From a virus (taxonomy: Duplodnaviria; Heunggongvirae; Uroviricota; Caudoviricetes), in the IMG/VR virus record IMGVR_UViG_2718218452_000011: 49,640 nucleotides of DNA. One strand, 5' to 3'. The notes under the pieces were generated by a model that saw only the letters and a program-made list of their open reading frames with translations, had not been told where the DNA came from and ran no database searches. The translations under genes and the position numbers were made by a program. Positions 9,089-16,910 of this stretch are shown one piece after another. The stretch's first letter is position 1, and each line of letters opens with the position of its first letter.

Positions 9089-9494
9089 GCACATCGAATC
9101 AGTGCTGTTAGCCCTGGCTGCTGAAAAAGGGCAGGCATGGGTAGCCAATGCAATTACTGAAGAATATCTGCGCCAGGGGGGCGGCGAATTGCCCCTGGTT
9201 CCAGGCAAGGACTGGAACAATCAGCAGAATATCTATCACCGTTGGTTGAAAGGTGAAACGAAAACGCAAAGAGAAAAAATTCAGAAGCTGATCCCAGCAA
9301 TTCTGGCAATCCTTCCGCGCGAGCTGCGTCACCGACTCTGCATCTTCGATACCCTGGAACGCCGTGCATTACTGGCGGCGCAGGAAGCGTTGAGTACGGC
9401 AATTGATGCGCATGATGATGCAGTCCAGGCCGTTTACCGGAAAGCGCATTTCAGCGGCGGTGGTTCGTCCGGCGATTCTGTTGTTGTTCATTAA
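9072..9494 (+). CDS. ydaT: YdaT-like protein (140 aa)
   Basis: Overlaps the ydaS 3' end; sequence as recalled for Rac YdaT. Confidence 0.7.
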   Translation: MKIRHEHIESVLLALAAEKGQAWVANAITEEYLRQGGGELPLVPGKDWNNQQNIYHRWLKGETKTQREKIQKLIPAILAILPRELRHRLCIFDTLERRALLAAQEALSTAIDAHDDAVQAVYRKAHFSGGGSSGDSVVVH

Positions 9495-9506
9495 GGTGAT
9501 GTGGTG

Positions 9507-9803
9507 ATGGAAAAATATGAACTGAAAAAATACCGACTTAAAACACTGGAAGGCGAAACATTGCTTCAGCGTATAGCCCGAAATGTTGCCTGGTATGCCA
9601 TACGACTCTCTCTGCATCGCCATCTTGTTAACGGGTATCCCTCGTCAACGCTGTTGTTCATCAATATCAAAGATAAAGAAAAAGCCGCAGAACACATTCG
9701 GTGGATGGAACTGGCGCAGGGACAAGCTCTTGATATTGAGTATGGCGATGAGATCGACTACAGCAAAGCTCAACCGCTGCGCCACGTAATTTTTAGGGGG
9801 TGA
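9507..9803 (+). CDS. Hypothetical protein (98 aa)
   Basis: ATG with AAGGTG RBS; no recognised domain. Confidence 0.45.
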   Translation: MEKYELKKYRLKTLEGETLLQRIARNVAWYAIRLSLHRHLVNGYPSSTLLFINIKDKEKAAEHIRWMELAQGQALDIEYGDEIDYSKAQPLRHVIFRG

Positions 9804-10055
9804 TTATGACATCTTTTCTTTTAGCTTTTGTAGGGCAACGATCAGTTCATCAATTTGGGTTGCATCCATTATCAACTCTAGTTTGTGATAAGCCCCGTAA
9901 TTTAGCTCCTGTGTGTGGAATTCCTGGGCAAGTATTTTTACTCCTCCGCGATTGAGCATTCCTGAGGTGCTAAAAATTTTTGACTCGGTTCCAGTAATAC
10001 TGTCCACCCAAAATTTTTGGGGGAATGGAGCAGACTTATCAAATGTAAAAGACAT
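9804..10055 (-). CDS. Hypothetical protein (83 aa), reverse-oriented AT-rich insert
   Basis: Strong AGGAGG RBS 6 nt upstream of ATG on minus strand; visibly AT-rich relative to flanks (by eye). Confidence 0.5.
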   Translation of the reverse strand: MSFTFDKSAPFPQKFWVDSITGTESKIFSTSGMLNRGGVKILAQEFHTQELNYGAYHKLELIMDATQIDELIVALQKLKEKMS

Positions 10056-10134
10056 GTCGAACCTCCTTTGGTTCTGTTGATTGGGGAATCACAGATTATA
10101 TCCGGAGGAAGGTTCGACACCAGATGAGGCAATT

Positions 10135-11259
10135 ATGGTTAAGGCTAAAAATATGCCAAATCCCATGCCAAAAACTAAGGCAAACAATGAGCCTTATCGC
10201 AAGGTAAAAATAACGATATGGGATGATCCCAAATTTAGGGCGTTATCTCCTCTGCCTCCAAGTGGACAGAGTTTGTTTATTTATCTGCTGACCAGTCCAT
10301 TTACCGGGATTATTCCTGGGTTGTTTAAAGCCGGGCGGGCAGCAATGGCTGAAGAGTTGGGGTGGGATATCGAAGCCTTTGACTTAGCCTTAGGCGAAGC
10401 CATGAATCTTGGCATGGTGAAAGCAGATATCAAAGCCAGAGTTTTTTGGCTCCCGAATGCTGCGAAACACAATCCGCCAAACTCGATAAATGTCATTAAA
10501 TCCTGGGCAAAGGCATTCGCTTTAATTCCTGATTGTCCTCTCAAATGGGAGGCCAGGGAATCGCTGAGAGCCGCGTCCTACGGGGTTTCTGAGGCTTTTG
10601 GGATGGCATTCGATAAGGAAATCCCTTTGCCTGAGGATAAGCCTAAGGATAAGGCTAACGCTTTGTCATGCGGTATCCAGATAACAGATAACAGATATAT
10701 AAACCCCACACATAACGCGCGCGTGCGCGAGAGTGCTCCGGCCAGTGAGGCAAATGGCATGCCGTTGCAGACAGCGGAACCTGATTACCTGGAAGGCCTG
10801 AGCGAACCCATCGGGAAATTTCCGATGACCGATGGCTGGCATCCGTCGCCGGATTTTCGACGACGGGCTGCGCTGTGGGGCGTGGCTCTTCCTGAGCCGG
10901 AATTTACACCAGCTGAACTTGCCGCCTTCCGGGACTACTGGGCAGCGGAGGGCAAAGTGTTCACGCAGGTTCAGTGGGAGCAGAAATTCGCCCGTCACGT
11001 AAATCACGTCAGGGCGCAGGTTAAACCAGTCAGCAAGGGGGGGAGCCATGCAGCCGCACCAGGTGGCACCGCATCACGGGCAGTTCAGGAAATTCGGGCA
11101 GCACGTGAGCAGTGGGAACGTGAAAACGGATTTATCAGCGACGGAAACGGCGTGGAAGCTGTGGGAACTCATGGGGGAGGTTTATTCGAACCGCTGGACC
11201 CAGAAGAACGGGGCCGCACCTTCGAAGCTCTGGATTGCACAGATTGGCGCGATGACTGA
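10135..11259 (+). CDS. Putative replication initiation protein (O-like position; DnaT-like C-terminal region)
   Basis: Track ORF 10081..11259 (TTG); likely ATG at 10135 with GAGG RBS; first gene of the replication pair upstream of the P-like gene. Confidence 0.55.
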   Translation: MVKAKNMPNPMPKTKANNEPYRKVKITIWDDPKFRALSPLPPSGQSLFIYLLTSPFTGIIPGLFKAGRAAMAEELGWDIEAFDLALGEAMNLGMVKADIKARVFWLPNAAKHNPPNSINVIKSWAKAFALIPDCPLKWEARESLRAASYGVSEAFGMAFDKEIPLPEDKPKDKANALSCGIQITDNRYINPTHNARVRESAPASEANGMPLQTAEPDYLEGLSEPIGKFPMTDGWHPSPDFRRRAALWGVALPEPEFTPAELAAFRDYWAAEGKVFTQVQWEQKFARHVNHVRAQVKPVSKGGSHAAAPGGTASRAVQEIRAAREQWERENGFISDGNGVEAVGTHGGGLFEPLDPEERGRTFEALDCTDWRDD

Positions 11260-11713
11260 GCAGCAAATCCGGCTGGTCTGCCGCCAGTGCATGGACCGCT
11301 GCCGGGCGGGTGAAACATGGCCTCCGGACCTGGCTGAGTTTGTGGCGCTGATTTCGGAAAGCGGGGCAAATCCATTTGGTCTGACGGTGGATAACGTGAT
11401 GGAGGAATATCGCCGCTGGCGCAATGAGTCCTGGCGATACGACGGAAGCGATAAATACCCGTGGTCTCAGCCTGTGCTGTATCACATTTGCCTCGAGATG
11501 CGTTCAAAGGGGATTGAGCGCCAGATGACCGAAGGGGAGTTAAAACGGCTTGCAGAACGGCAGCTGACGAAATGGGCAAAGCATGTTGGTAACGGCCTGA
11601 GCGTTCCGCCAGTCCGGCGGCAACTGGCAGCACCAGAACGCCCGTCGGGGCCAACACCAATTGAGTTGCTGAAACAGGAATATGAACGCCGGAAGGCAGC
11701 TGGTTTTGTTTGA
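11048..11713 (+). CDS. Replication protein P-like DnaB helicase loader (221 aa)
   Basis: C-terminal two-thirds aligns by eye with lambda P as recalled (..PPDLAEFVALI..YPWSQPVLYHICLEM..GELKRLAERQL..); strong AAGGGGGGGAG RBS before ATG 11048; overlaps upstream gene by about 210 nt. Confidence 0.65.
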   Translation: MQPHQVAPHHGQFRKFGQHVSSGNVKTDLSATETAWKLWELMGEVYSNRWTQKNGAAPSKLWIAQIGAMTEQQIRLVCRQCMDRCRAGETWPPDLAEFVALISESGANPFGLTVDNVMEEYRRWRNESWRYDGSDKYPWSQPVLYHICLEMRSKGIERQMTEGELKRLAERQLTKWAKHVGNGLSVPPVRRQLAAPERPSGPTPIELLKQEYERRKAAGFV

Positions 11714-11747
11714 GATTGGTAAATAATTTTTAACGGGAGAAATTTTA

Positions 11748-12533
11748 ATGGAAACGTTGATTGATACGTTAAAAGCGATGCAAAAGGTGACGTGCACTGA
11801 GCTTGCTACCAGTTTGGGCATTGCACCGGCTGAGGCGATTAAAATGTTGCGGGAGTACGAAGAGCAGGGAGAAGTTGTATCGGTTAATGGTTACTGGTCT
11901 GTTTCAGAACGACAAAGTGGCGTGAAAGAAAAAACAGTGCCGGTGTGTAAAGCGGAAAGAAAATCCCGCATGGTGGTCAGCAGAAAAGACCGTGAGCCAC
12001 TGAATCGCTGCGACATCCTGTCCACACTTGCTCATGGTGGGGCAATGACCACCGCTGAGATTGCAATTGCTGTGGGGCGTGCTGATTGCGTCAGGTCGCT
12101 GGTTTCTGCGATGGAAAAGCTTTGCCGCGATGGCATGGCGATTAAGCTGGGACAGGGGAAGGGGTGTAAGTGGATGCTGGTAAAAGAAACCGGGGAAAAT
12201 TTACCAGCAGAGCCGAAATTTGTATCGGTAGCGAAAACACCTGGTAAAGCCTTTTCTCAGCCAGCCGGTGTTGCGTTACCAGTACAGGAGGTTGCAACAC
12301 AGGAAGATATTAAAACAGAAACTGTGGCGGACATTGTGCAGTCGCTGCCATCGTTTACCGAAACGCGTGCGAATGACCTGATTTTACCATCGCTGCACAT
12401 GGCAAACCGCGAACTGCGTCGGGCGAAAAATCATGTCCGGAAGTGGGAGCGAGTTTGCGCGGCGCTGCGGGAGCTTAACAAGCACCGGGATATTGTACGG
12501 CAGATGAATTGTTCCAGAGAGGATGTGAAGTGA
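11748..12533 (+). CDS. Hypothetical protein (261 aa) with N-terminal winged-helix-like region
   Basis: Track ORF with GGGAGA RBS. Confidence 0.5.
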   Translation: METLIDTLKAMQKVTCTELATSLGIAPAEAIKMLREYEEQGEVVSVNGYWSVSERQSGVKEKTVPVCKAERKSRMVVSRKDREPLNRCDILSTLAHGGAMTTAEIAIAVGRADCVRSLVSAMEKLCRDGMAIKLGQGKGCKWMLVKETGENLPAEPKFVSVAKTPGKAFSQPAGVALPVQEVATQEDIKTETVADIVQSLPSFTETRANDLILPSLHMANRELRRAKNHVRKWERVCAALRELNKHRDIVRQMNCSREDVK

Positions 12534-12883
12534 GATGGCGTGGCTGGGTGCGGGCTGAAATCCTTATTCTGCGGCAGTGCGCGGGAACAATGAAGGTAAA
12601 AAGCATCGGCAGTCTGATTGGTCGTAGTGAGGCGGCTGTCAGGACGAAAGCCCGGGAGATGGGAATAAGTCTGATTCTGCGTGGTGATTTTCACCAGTCA
12701 GCAAAATATCTTCAGAGCGATATTGAGCTGGCGCGACAACTGCATCAGCGTGGCGTGTCCAGGAGAGAAATCGCCATAAAATTTGGAATGCCGTTGCGCA
12801 CAGTGAATAACACGTTTATTTCGACAGGAGAGTTCAGGAGTGAGGGTGAGAGTTTATATTGCCGGCCCAATGACGGGATATAA
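12530..12883 (+). CDS. Hypothetical small protein with HTH-like segment
   Basis: Track ORF 12509..12883 (TTG); GTG at 12530 overlaps the upstream stop (GTGA) and has a GAGGA RBS. Confidence 0.4.
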   Translation: MRWRGWVRAEILILRQCAGTMKVKSIGSLIGRSEAAVRTKAREMGISLILRGDFHQSAKYLQSDIELARQLHQRGVSRREIAIKFGMPLRTVNNTFISTGEFRSEGESLYCRPNDGI

Positions 12884-13136
12884 AAATTTCAACCGTGAGG
12901 CGTTTCACAAGGCGGAAGAGGAACTGAAACGTGAAGGGCATACCGTCTTAAACCCGGCAGTACTTCCGGACGGACTGACTCAGTTGCAGTACATGGATAT
13001 CTGCATGGCGATGATACGTTGCGTGGATGCGATTTATATGCTGAATGGCTGGCAGCGGTCGGCAGGTGCTAAGGCAGAACTGGCACTGGCGGAGAAGCTG
13101 GGGCATGCGGTTATTTTACAGAAGGCGATGCAGTGA
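12840..13136 (+). CDS. DUF4406-like / nucleoside 2-deoxyribosyltransferase-like fold protein (98 aa)
   Basis: N-terminal VYIAGPMTG Rossmann-like motif; family assignment from memory, not verified. Confidence 0.45.
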   Translation: MRVRVYIAGPMTGYKNFNREAFHKAEEELKREGHTVLNPAVLPDGLTQLQYMDICMAMIRCVDAIYMLNGWQRSAGAKAELALAEKLGHAVILQKAMQ

Positions 13137-13315
13137 ATATGTTCTGGATAATCAAAATTGAGCTGTTTGTTATTGTATTCCTGATCAGTGCATTTCTGGC
13201 AGCGGCTTTTATTATCTGGGAAAATCCTTTTCGACATATCAGTCCACTGTTTGCAATCAGGGTGTTAATAGCATCGGTTGTAGTGGTGTGGTTAATTTGT
13301 TTTGCATTATTTTAA
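13133..13315 (+). CDS. Small hydrophobic membrane protein (60 aa)
   Basis: Track ORF; two hydrophobic helices; ATGA-type overlap with upstream gene. Confidence 0.3.
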   Translation: MNMFWIIKIELFVIVFLISAFLAAAFIIWENPFRHISPLFAIRVLIASVVVVWLICFALF

Positions 13316-13328
13316 TGGAGTTAATGTT

Positions 13329-13643
13329 ATGAACGAAATCAAAGAAATGCCGGTAGAACGTGATGCATATGGCTGCTGGACACATCCTGAATATGAAAAA
13401 TTTTGTGATGGCCGGGAGTATATTTCGACGGAAGAATTTAATGCCTGGATGAAGGCAAATAATCTTCAGTGGACCATTCGCGCAATGGATGAAGATGATT
13501 TTAATCCGGATGCGGATGGTCCTGATATTTCCGCATGGGAGCCGGAACGACCAGAGGGTGATGGGTGGTTTATTGGCTCCATTCATGACACGGAAGACGG
13601 TCCGGTTTGTATCTGGTTGCGGAATTGTGAGGTGACACAGTGA
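13329..13643 (+). CDS. Hypothetical acidic protein
   Basis: Internal ATG of track ORF 13302..13643 with GGAG RBS. Confidence 0.4.
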   Translation: MNEIKEMPVERDAYGCWTHPEYEKFCDGREYISTEEFNAWMKANNLQWTIRAMDEDDFNPDADGPDISAWEPERPEGDGWFIGSIHDTEDGPVCIWLRNCEVTQ

Positions 13644-13969
13644 ATCAGATTAACTGTCAGGCACTGCGTGAGGCGGCAGAAGCAATAAAAACAGCAGCCA
13701 CACCACAAAAATTGCTGGCATTTCGTATGAAAGCCACACCGCAGGTTGTGCTGGCTTTGCTGGATGAGCTGGAAGCCAGAGACAAACGCATTGCAGAGAT
13801 GGAAGTAAGGGATGTGCAGTTACCGACTTGCTATGAGCCTCGATATGGTCATCCGATAAATACTGATGAGCGATGCGTCATGATACCCAGTGAGCATGGA
13901 CGCTGGCTTTATCTGGCTGACTTAGAGCATGCACTACGAGTGGCAGGTATTCGCATCAAAGGAGAGTGA
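13640..13969 (+). CDS. Ead/Ea22-like protein (109 aa)
   Basis: Resembles the Ead/Ea22-like family of lambdoid early regions (from memory); translationally coupled to neighbours. Confidence 0.45.
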   Translation: MNQINCQALREAAEAIKTAATPQKLLAFRMKATPQVVLALLDELEARDKRIAEMEVRDVQLPTCYEPRYGHPINTDERCVMIPSEHGRWLYLADLEHALRVAGIRIKGE

Positions 13970-13970
13970 C

Positions 13971-14327
13971 GTGGAAATAACCCCAGAAGATGAGTCCGGG
14001 AATATTGTTTTATTTCCGGTAAAAGAGGATGACCCACGTAATCAGGTGAATTTTCTTTATGAGCCATCGGAAAGACCATACTGCCATCACGCTTCTGTCC
14101 GGGTTGACGAAAAAGAGCGTCAGGTCCGCTGTAAAATCTGCGGTGCAGTTGTGGAGCCGTTTGACTGGATGCTCTCAGTGGCGAAAAGAGAAACCAGACT
14201 GGCAGATGATGTAAAACAATTGCGTCAGGAGGAACGGGAAAGACGTAAAAATATAGAAAAGCTAATTCAGATTGAGCGTAATGTGAAAGCGCGGATACGC
14301 AGGGCGACAAAACTTAGCCCAGAATAA
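13971..14327 (+). CDS. Hypothetical protein with putative zinc-ribbon (CHH..CKICG)
   Basis: GTG start just after the upstream stop with GGAGAG RBS; track ORF 13929..14327. Confidence 0.4.
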   Translation: MEITPEDESGNIVLFPVKEDDPRNQVNFLYEPSERPYCHHASVRVDEKERQVRCKICGAVVEPFDWMLSVAKRETRLADDVKQLRQEERERRKNIEKLIQIERNVKARIRRATKLSPE

Positions 14328-14417
14328 TCAACATTATTATTGAAAATATAATCCTTAACCGGAGGGATTTCTGCACCCTCAGAACATCAGGAGGCCGCCC
14401 GAAATGGCGGTAAGACA

Positions 14418-14591
14418 ATGCGAAAAATCAAAATAGTTATCGAAACGAGGATTGTTGGTAACGTGCGTGAAGATGTATTTGAAGTGGATGATGACGCGAC
14501 TCCTGAGGAAATAGAAAACGAGGCAATTGATGTTTTCTTTAATCACTGCAATTACTCAATTTACGAAATAAAAGACGAAGTGGAAGAGTAA
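14418..14591 (+). CDS. Small acidic hypothetical protein (57 aa), below the ORF-track cut-off
   Basis: Hand translation [57 protein letters not shown]; fills an otherwise empty gap; stop 1 nt before the next ATG. Confidence 0.3.
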   Translation: MRKIKIVIETRIVGNVREDVFEVDDDATPEEIENEAIDVFFNHCNYSIYEIKDEVEE

Positions 14592-14592
14592 A

Positions 14593-14955
14593 ATGGCGAC
14601 TTTGACCAAAGAAGAACGGTTTACCAAAGAGCAGTTAATAGCCCACGCAGAGGAGACTATTGAATCACAGAGACTGTGCATACCAGGCACAATCGACCAT
14701 GACCTCATTCGCGCATATAAGATGGATATTGCTGTTCTGGAAATTGCACTGCAATTGCTGGCAGCAGCGCCAGTTGGTAAATTTTATGAATACAAACCAG
14801 TGGGGTATCAGCGTCTGGTCGACGAGTTAACCATGCAGGTAAAGCGGTTAGCCTGGCAACTGAGGAAAGCGAAGCCGGACTGCAAACTGCCGGATAAGGC
14901 GATGGACTACCTGGAGCGAAACGGACTGAAAAGCGAGGAGGATGTTTTACGATGA
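14593..14955 (+). CDS. Hypothetical protein (120 aa)
   Basis: Track ORF. Confidence 0.45.
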   Translation: MATLTKEERFTKEQLIAHAEETIESQRLCIPGTIDHDLIRAYKMDIAVLEIALQLLAAAPVGKFYEYKPVGYQRLVDELTMQVKRLAWQLRKAKPDCKLPDKAMDYLERNGLKSEEDVLR

Positions 14956-15035
14956 CCTGGCCTGAAGCATTCACAACGGCAGGAATTGCGATGGCGGTGG
15001 CGCTGGTGGTGTATTCGATTTGCCGCTGGGGATAA
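14952..15035 (+). CDS. Putative 27-aa hydrophobic peptide
   Basis: [27 protein letters not shown]; ATGA overlap with upstream stop; followed directly by a strong terminator. Confidence 0.25.
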   Translation: MTWPEAFTTAGIAMAVALVVYSICRWG

Positions 15036-15040
15036 CAAAC

Positions 15041-15072
15041 AAAAACCCCGGATTGACGGTCCGGGGTTTTTG
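15041..15072 (+). terminator. Rho-independent terminator
   Basis: AAAAACCCCGG-ATTGACGGT-CCGGGGTTTTT hairpin plus T-run. Confidence 0.6.
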
Positions 15073-15249
15073 AAGGAAACAAACAGAAACAACAATTGCC
15101 GTTATCTGTTGCCACCAATGACAAGTAAACGTATCTCAGGCGAGCGCATTGCGCCGTTCTGACGCGGATACATTAGCCTGGGCAGAAGGTTCTGGCAATA
15201 AAAAATAGCGTTTTCTTATCGGTGTCGGTAAGATTGTTGCGGGTGCTTG

Positions 15250-15409
15250 AGGCTGTCTGCCTCGGGCATGCCACTGTAAGGCAGACAGAGAAAAGCCCCA
15301 GTTAACATTACGCGTCCGGCAAGACGCTTAACATTAATCTGAGGCCCAATCTATGCTACACAAACGTAGGTTAGCCTCTTACGTGCCGAAAGGCAAGGAG
15401 AAGCAGGCT
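15250..15409 (+). promoter_or_regulatory. hok mRNA leader with stem-loop; expected location of Sok-like antisense RNA / mok-type control
   Basis: 9-bp inverted repeat CTGTCTGCC...GGCAGACAG (about 15254..15288); in-frame upstream extension of hok; AAGGAG RBS before hok ATG. Confidence 0.35.
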
Positions 15410-15565
15410 ATGAAGCAGCAAAAGGCGATGTTAATCGCCCTGATCGTCATCTGTTTAACCGTCATAGTGACGGCACTGGTAACGAGGAAAGACCTCTGCG
15501 AGGTACGAATCCGAACCGGGCAGACGGAGGTCGCTGTCTTCGTAGACTACGAATCTAGAGAGTAA
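15410..15565 (+). CDS. hok: Hok/Gef-family type I toxin (51 aa)
   Basis: MKQQKAMLIALIVICLTVIVTALVTRKDLCEVRIRTGQTEVAVF.. has the Hok/Gef signature (TM helix then RKDLCEV..R.G..EVAAF). Confidence 0.8.
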   Translation: MKQQKAMLIALIVICLTVIVTALVTRKDLCEVRIRTGQTEVAVFVDYESRE

Positions 15566-15635
15566 GAGTGACCAGGCGGGAGAGTAATCTCCCGCCACCT
15601 CTGATGTGTCAGGCATCCTCAATGCACCCACACTT

Positions 15636-15668
15636 AACCCGCTTCGGCGGGTTTTTGTTTTTATTTTC
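15636..15668 (+). terminator. Rho-independent terminator after hok (fbi-like 3' region)
   Basis: AACCCGC-TTCG-GCGGGTT followed by a long T-run. Confidence 0.5.
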
Positions 15669-15786
15669 AACGCGTTTGAAGTTTTGGATAGTGCCGGAAT
15701 AGAATCAAAAATACTTAAGTAGCGCGCAGGGAGAAGAGGGATGGACCCCGAACAGGGGAGTGCTATTTATCTGGAAGGATTCTGAA

Positions 15787-15961
15787 GATGAAAATCGAAG
15801 AATTGCGTGAAATTTTTAGTGAAGATGGCCTCTATGCTGTGCGCGTTGAGAATGGAGAAGTTATCTACACAACGTTAATTCCTGATGATCATGTGATTTT
15901 ATCTATCGAGGCATTCATTGAATACCTTGAAAGGCTCGGTTTCAAGGTGGTTCGCGAATGA
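15787..15961 (+). pseudogene. Small ORF apparently split by a +1 frameshift (20-aa and 45-aa pieces)
   Basis: ATG 15787 with GGAAGG RBS reads MKIEELREIFSEDGLYAVAR then stops; the adjacent frame continues ..RVENGEVIYTTLIPDDHVILSIEAFIEYLERLGFKVVRE to 15961. Removing one G in GTGGCGCG would give one 57-aa ORF. Confidence 0.3.
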
Positions 15962-16020
15962 GTTATAATTCGTAAGCCAGCCTGAACAACTGGCAACCTA
16001 CAGCGCCATTGGAGACAGCA

Positions 16021-16620
16021 ATGGCGCATATACAACTGGTCAAACAAACTTCTTCTGGTTTACTTCTCCCGGCGACGCCGGAGAGTTGCGATTTTCTGCA
16101 TCAAATCAAAATAGGTGAGTGGATACACGCAGACTTTAAGCGTGTGCGTAACTACGCATTCCACAAGCGTTTTTTCAAACTCCTGCAACTGGGTTTCGAT
16201 TACTGGACTCCGGTCGGTGGGGCGATCACGCCTCGCGAACGAAAACTGGTGTCCGGTTTCGTTGATTACCTGTGTGAATCAGTAGGCCGGGAACATACGC
16301 CAGCTCTGAGCGAAGCCGCAGAGCAATATCTGAATACAGTTGCGACACACAGAACCCGTGATACGGCATTGCTAAAGTCGTTTGAGGCTTTCCGCGAGTG
16401 GGTAACCATTCAGGCCGGATTTTACACCGAGCATATTTATCCGGACGGTAGTCGTGGGCGTCGGGCGAAATCCATCGCGTTTGCGAATATGGACGAAACC
16501 GAGTTTCAGCAGGTTTATAAATCTGTACTGAATGTGCTGTGGAACTGGATTCTGTTCCGTAAATTTTCCTCTCCGGAACAAGTCGAAAATGTGGCCGCGC
16601 AGCTACTGGAGTTTGCGTAA
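16021..16620 (+). CDS. Hypothetical nin-region protein (199 aa)
   Basis: Track ORF 16009..16620 (TTG); ATG at 16021 with GGAGA RBS; no recognised domain. Confidence 0.45.
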   Translation: MAHIQLVKQTSSGLLLPATPESCDFLHQIKIGEWIHADFKRVRNYAFHKRFFKLLQLGFDYWTPVGGAITPRERKLVSGFVDYLCESVGREHTPALSEAAEQYLNTVATHRTRDTALLKSFEAFREWVTIQAGFYTEHIYPDGSRGRRAKSIAFANMDETEFQQVYKSVLNVLWNWILFRKFSSPEQVENVAAQLLEFA

Positions 16621-16910
16621 TGGTGGATTTACGTAAAGCGGCGCGGGGCCAGATGTGCCAGGTCAGAATCCCTGGCTACTGCAATCACAATCCCGAAACT
16701 TCTGTGCTGGCGCATTACAGGTTGGCGGGAACGTGCGGAATGGCGATAAAGCCACACGATATGCAGGCAGCGATTGCCTGTAGCTCGTGCCACGATTTAA
16801 TCGACGGGCGGGTAAAAACAAGCGATTACACCAAAGAAGAATTACGCCTGATGCATGCAGAAGGTGTTTTTCGCACGCAAGAAATCTGGAGAAAGGAAGG
16901 TTATTTATGA
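16620..16910 (+). CDS. YbcO-like putative nuclease (DUF1364-type, 96 aa)
   Basis: Cys/His-rich (..CQVRIPGYCNHNPETSVLAHYRLAG..CSSCHDLIDG..) resembling DLP12 YbcO as recalled; nin-region location. Confidence 0.55.
   Translation: MVDLRKAARGQMCQVRIPGYCNHNPETSVLAHYRLAGTCGMAIKPHDMQAAIACSSCHDLIDGRVKTSDYTKEELRLMHAEGVFRTQEIWRKEGYL

Noticed and set aside
9023-9402. Minus-strand ORFs of 65, 74 and 82 aa across ydaS/ydaT
   Set aside because: Antisense to two recognisable Rac-like genes; no RBS or motif.
11135-11660. Minus-strand ORFs of 116, 163 and 80 aa inside the P-like gene
   Set aside because: Antisense to a CDS with recognisable lambda P-like sequence; Arg/Pro/Ser-rich low-complexity products.
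15455-15670. 71-aa minus-strand ORF overlapping hok
   Set aside because: Antisense to the hok coding region and 3' terminator; any Sok-like antisense RNA would map to the hok leader instead.
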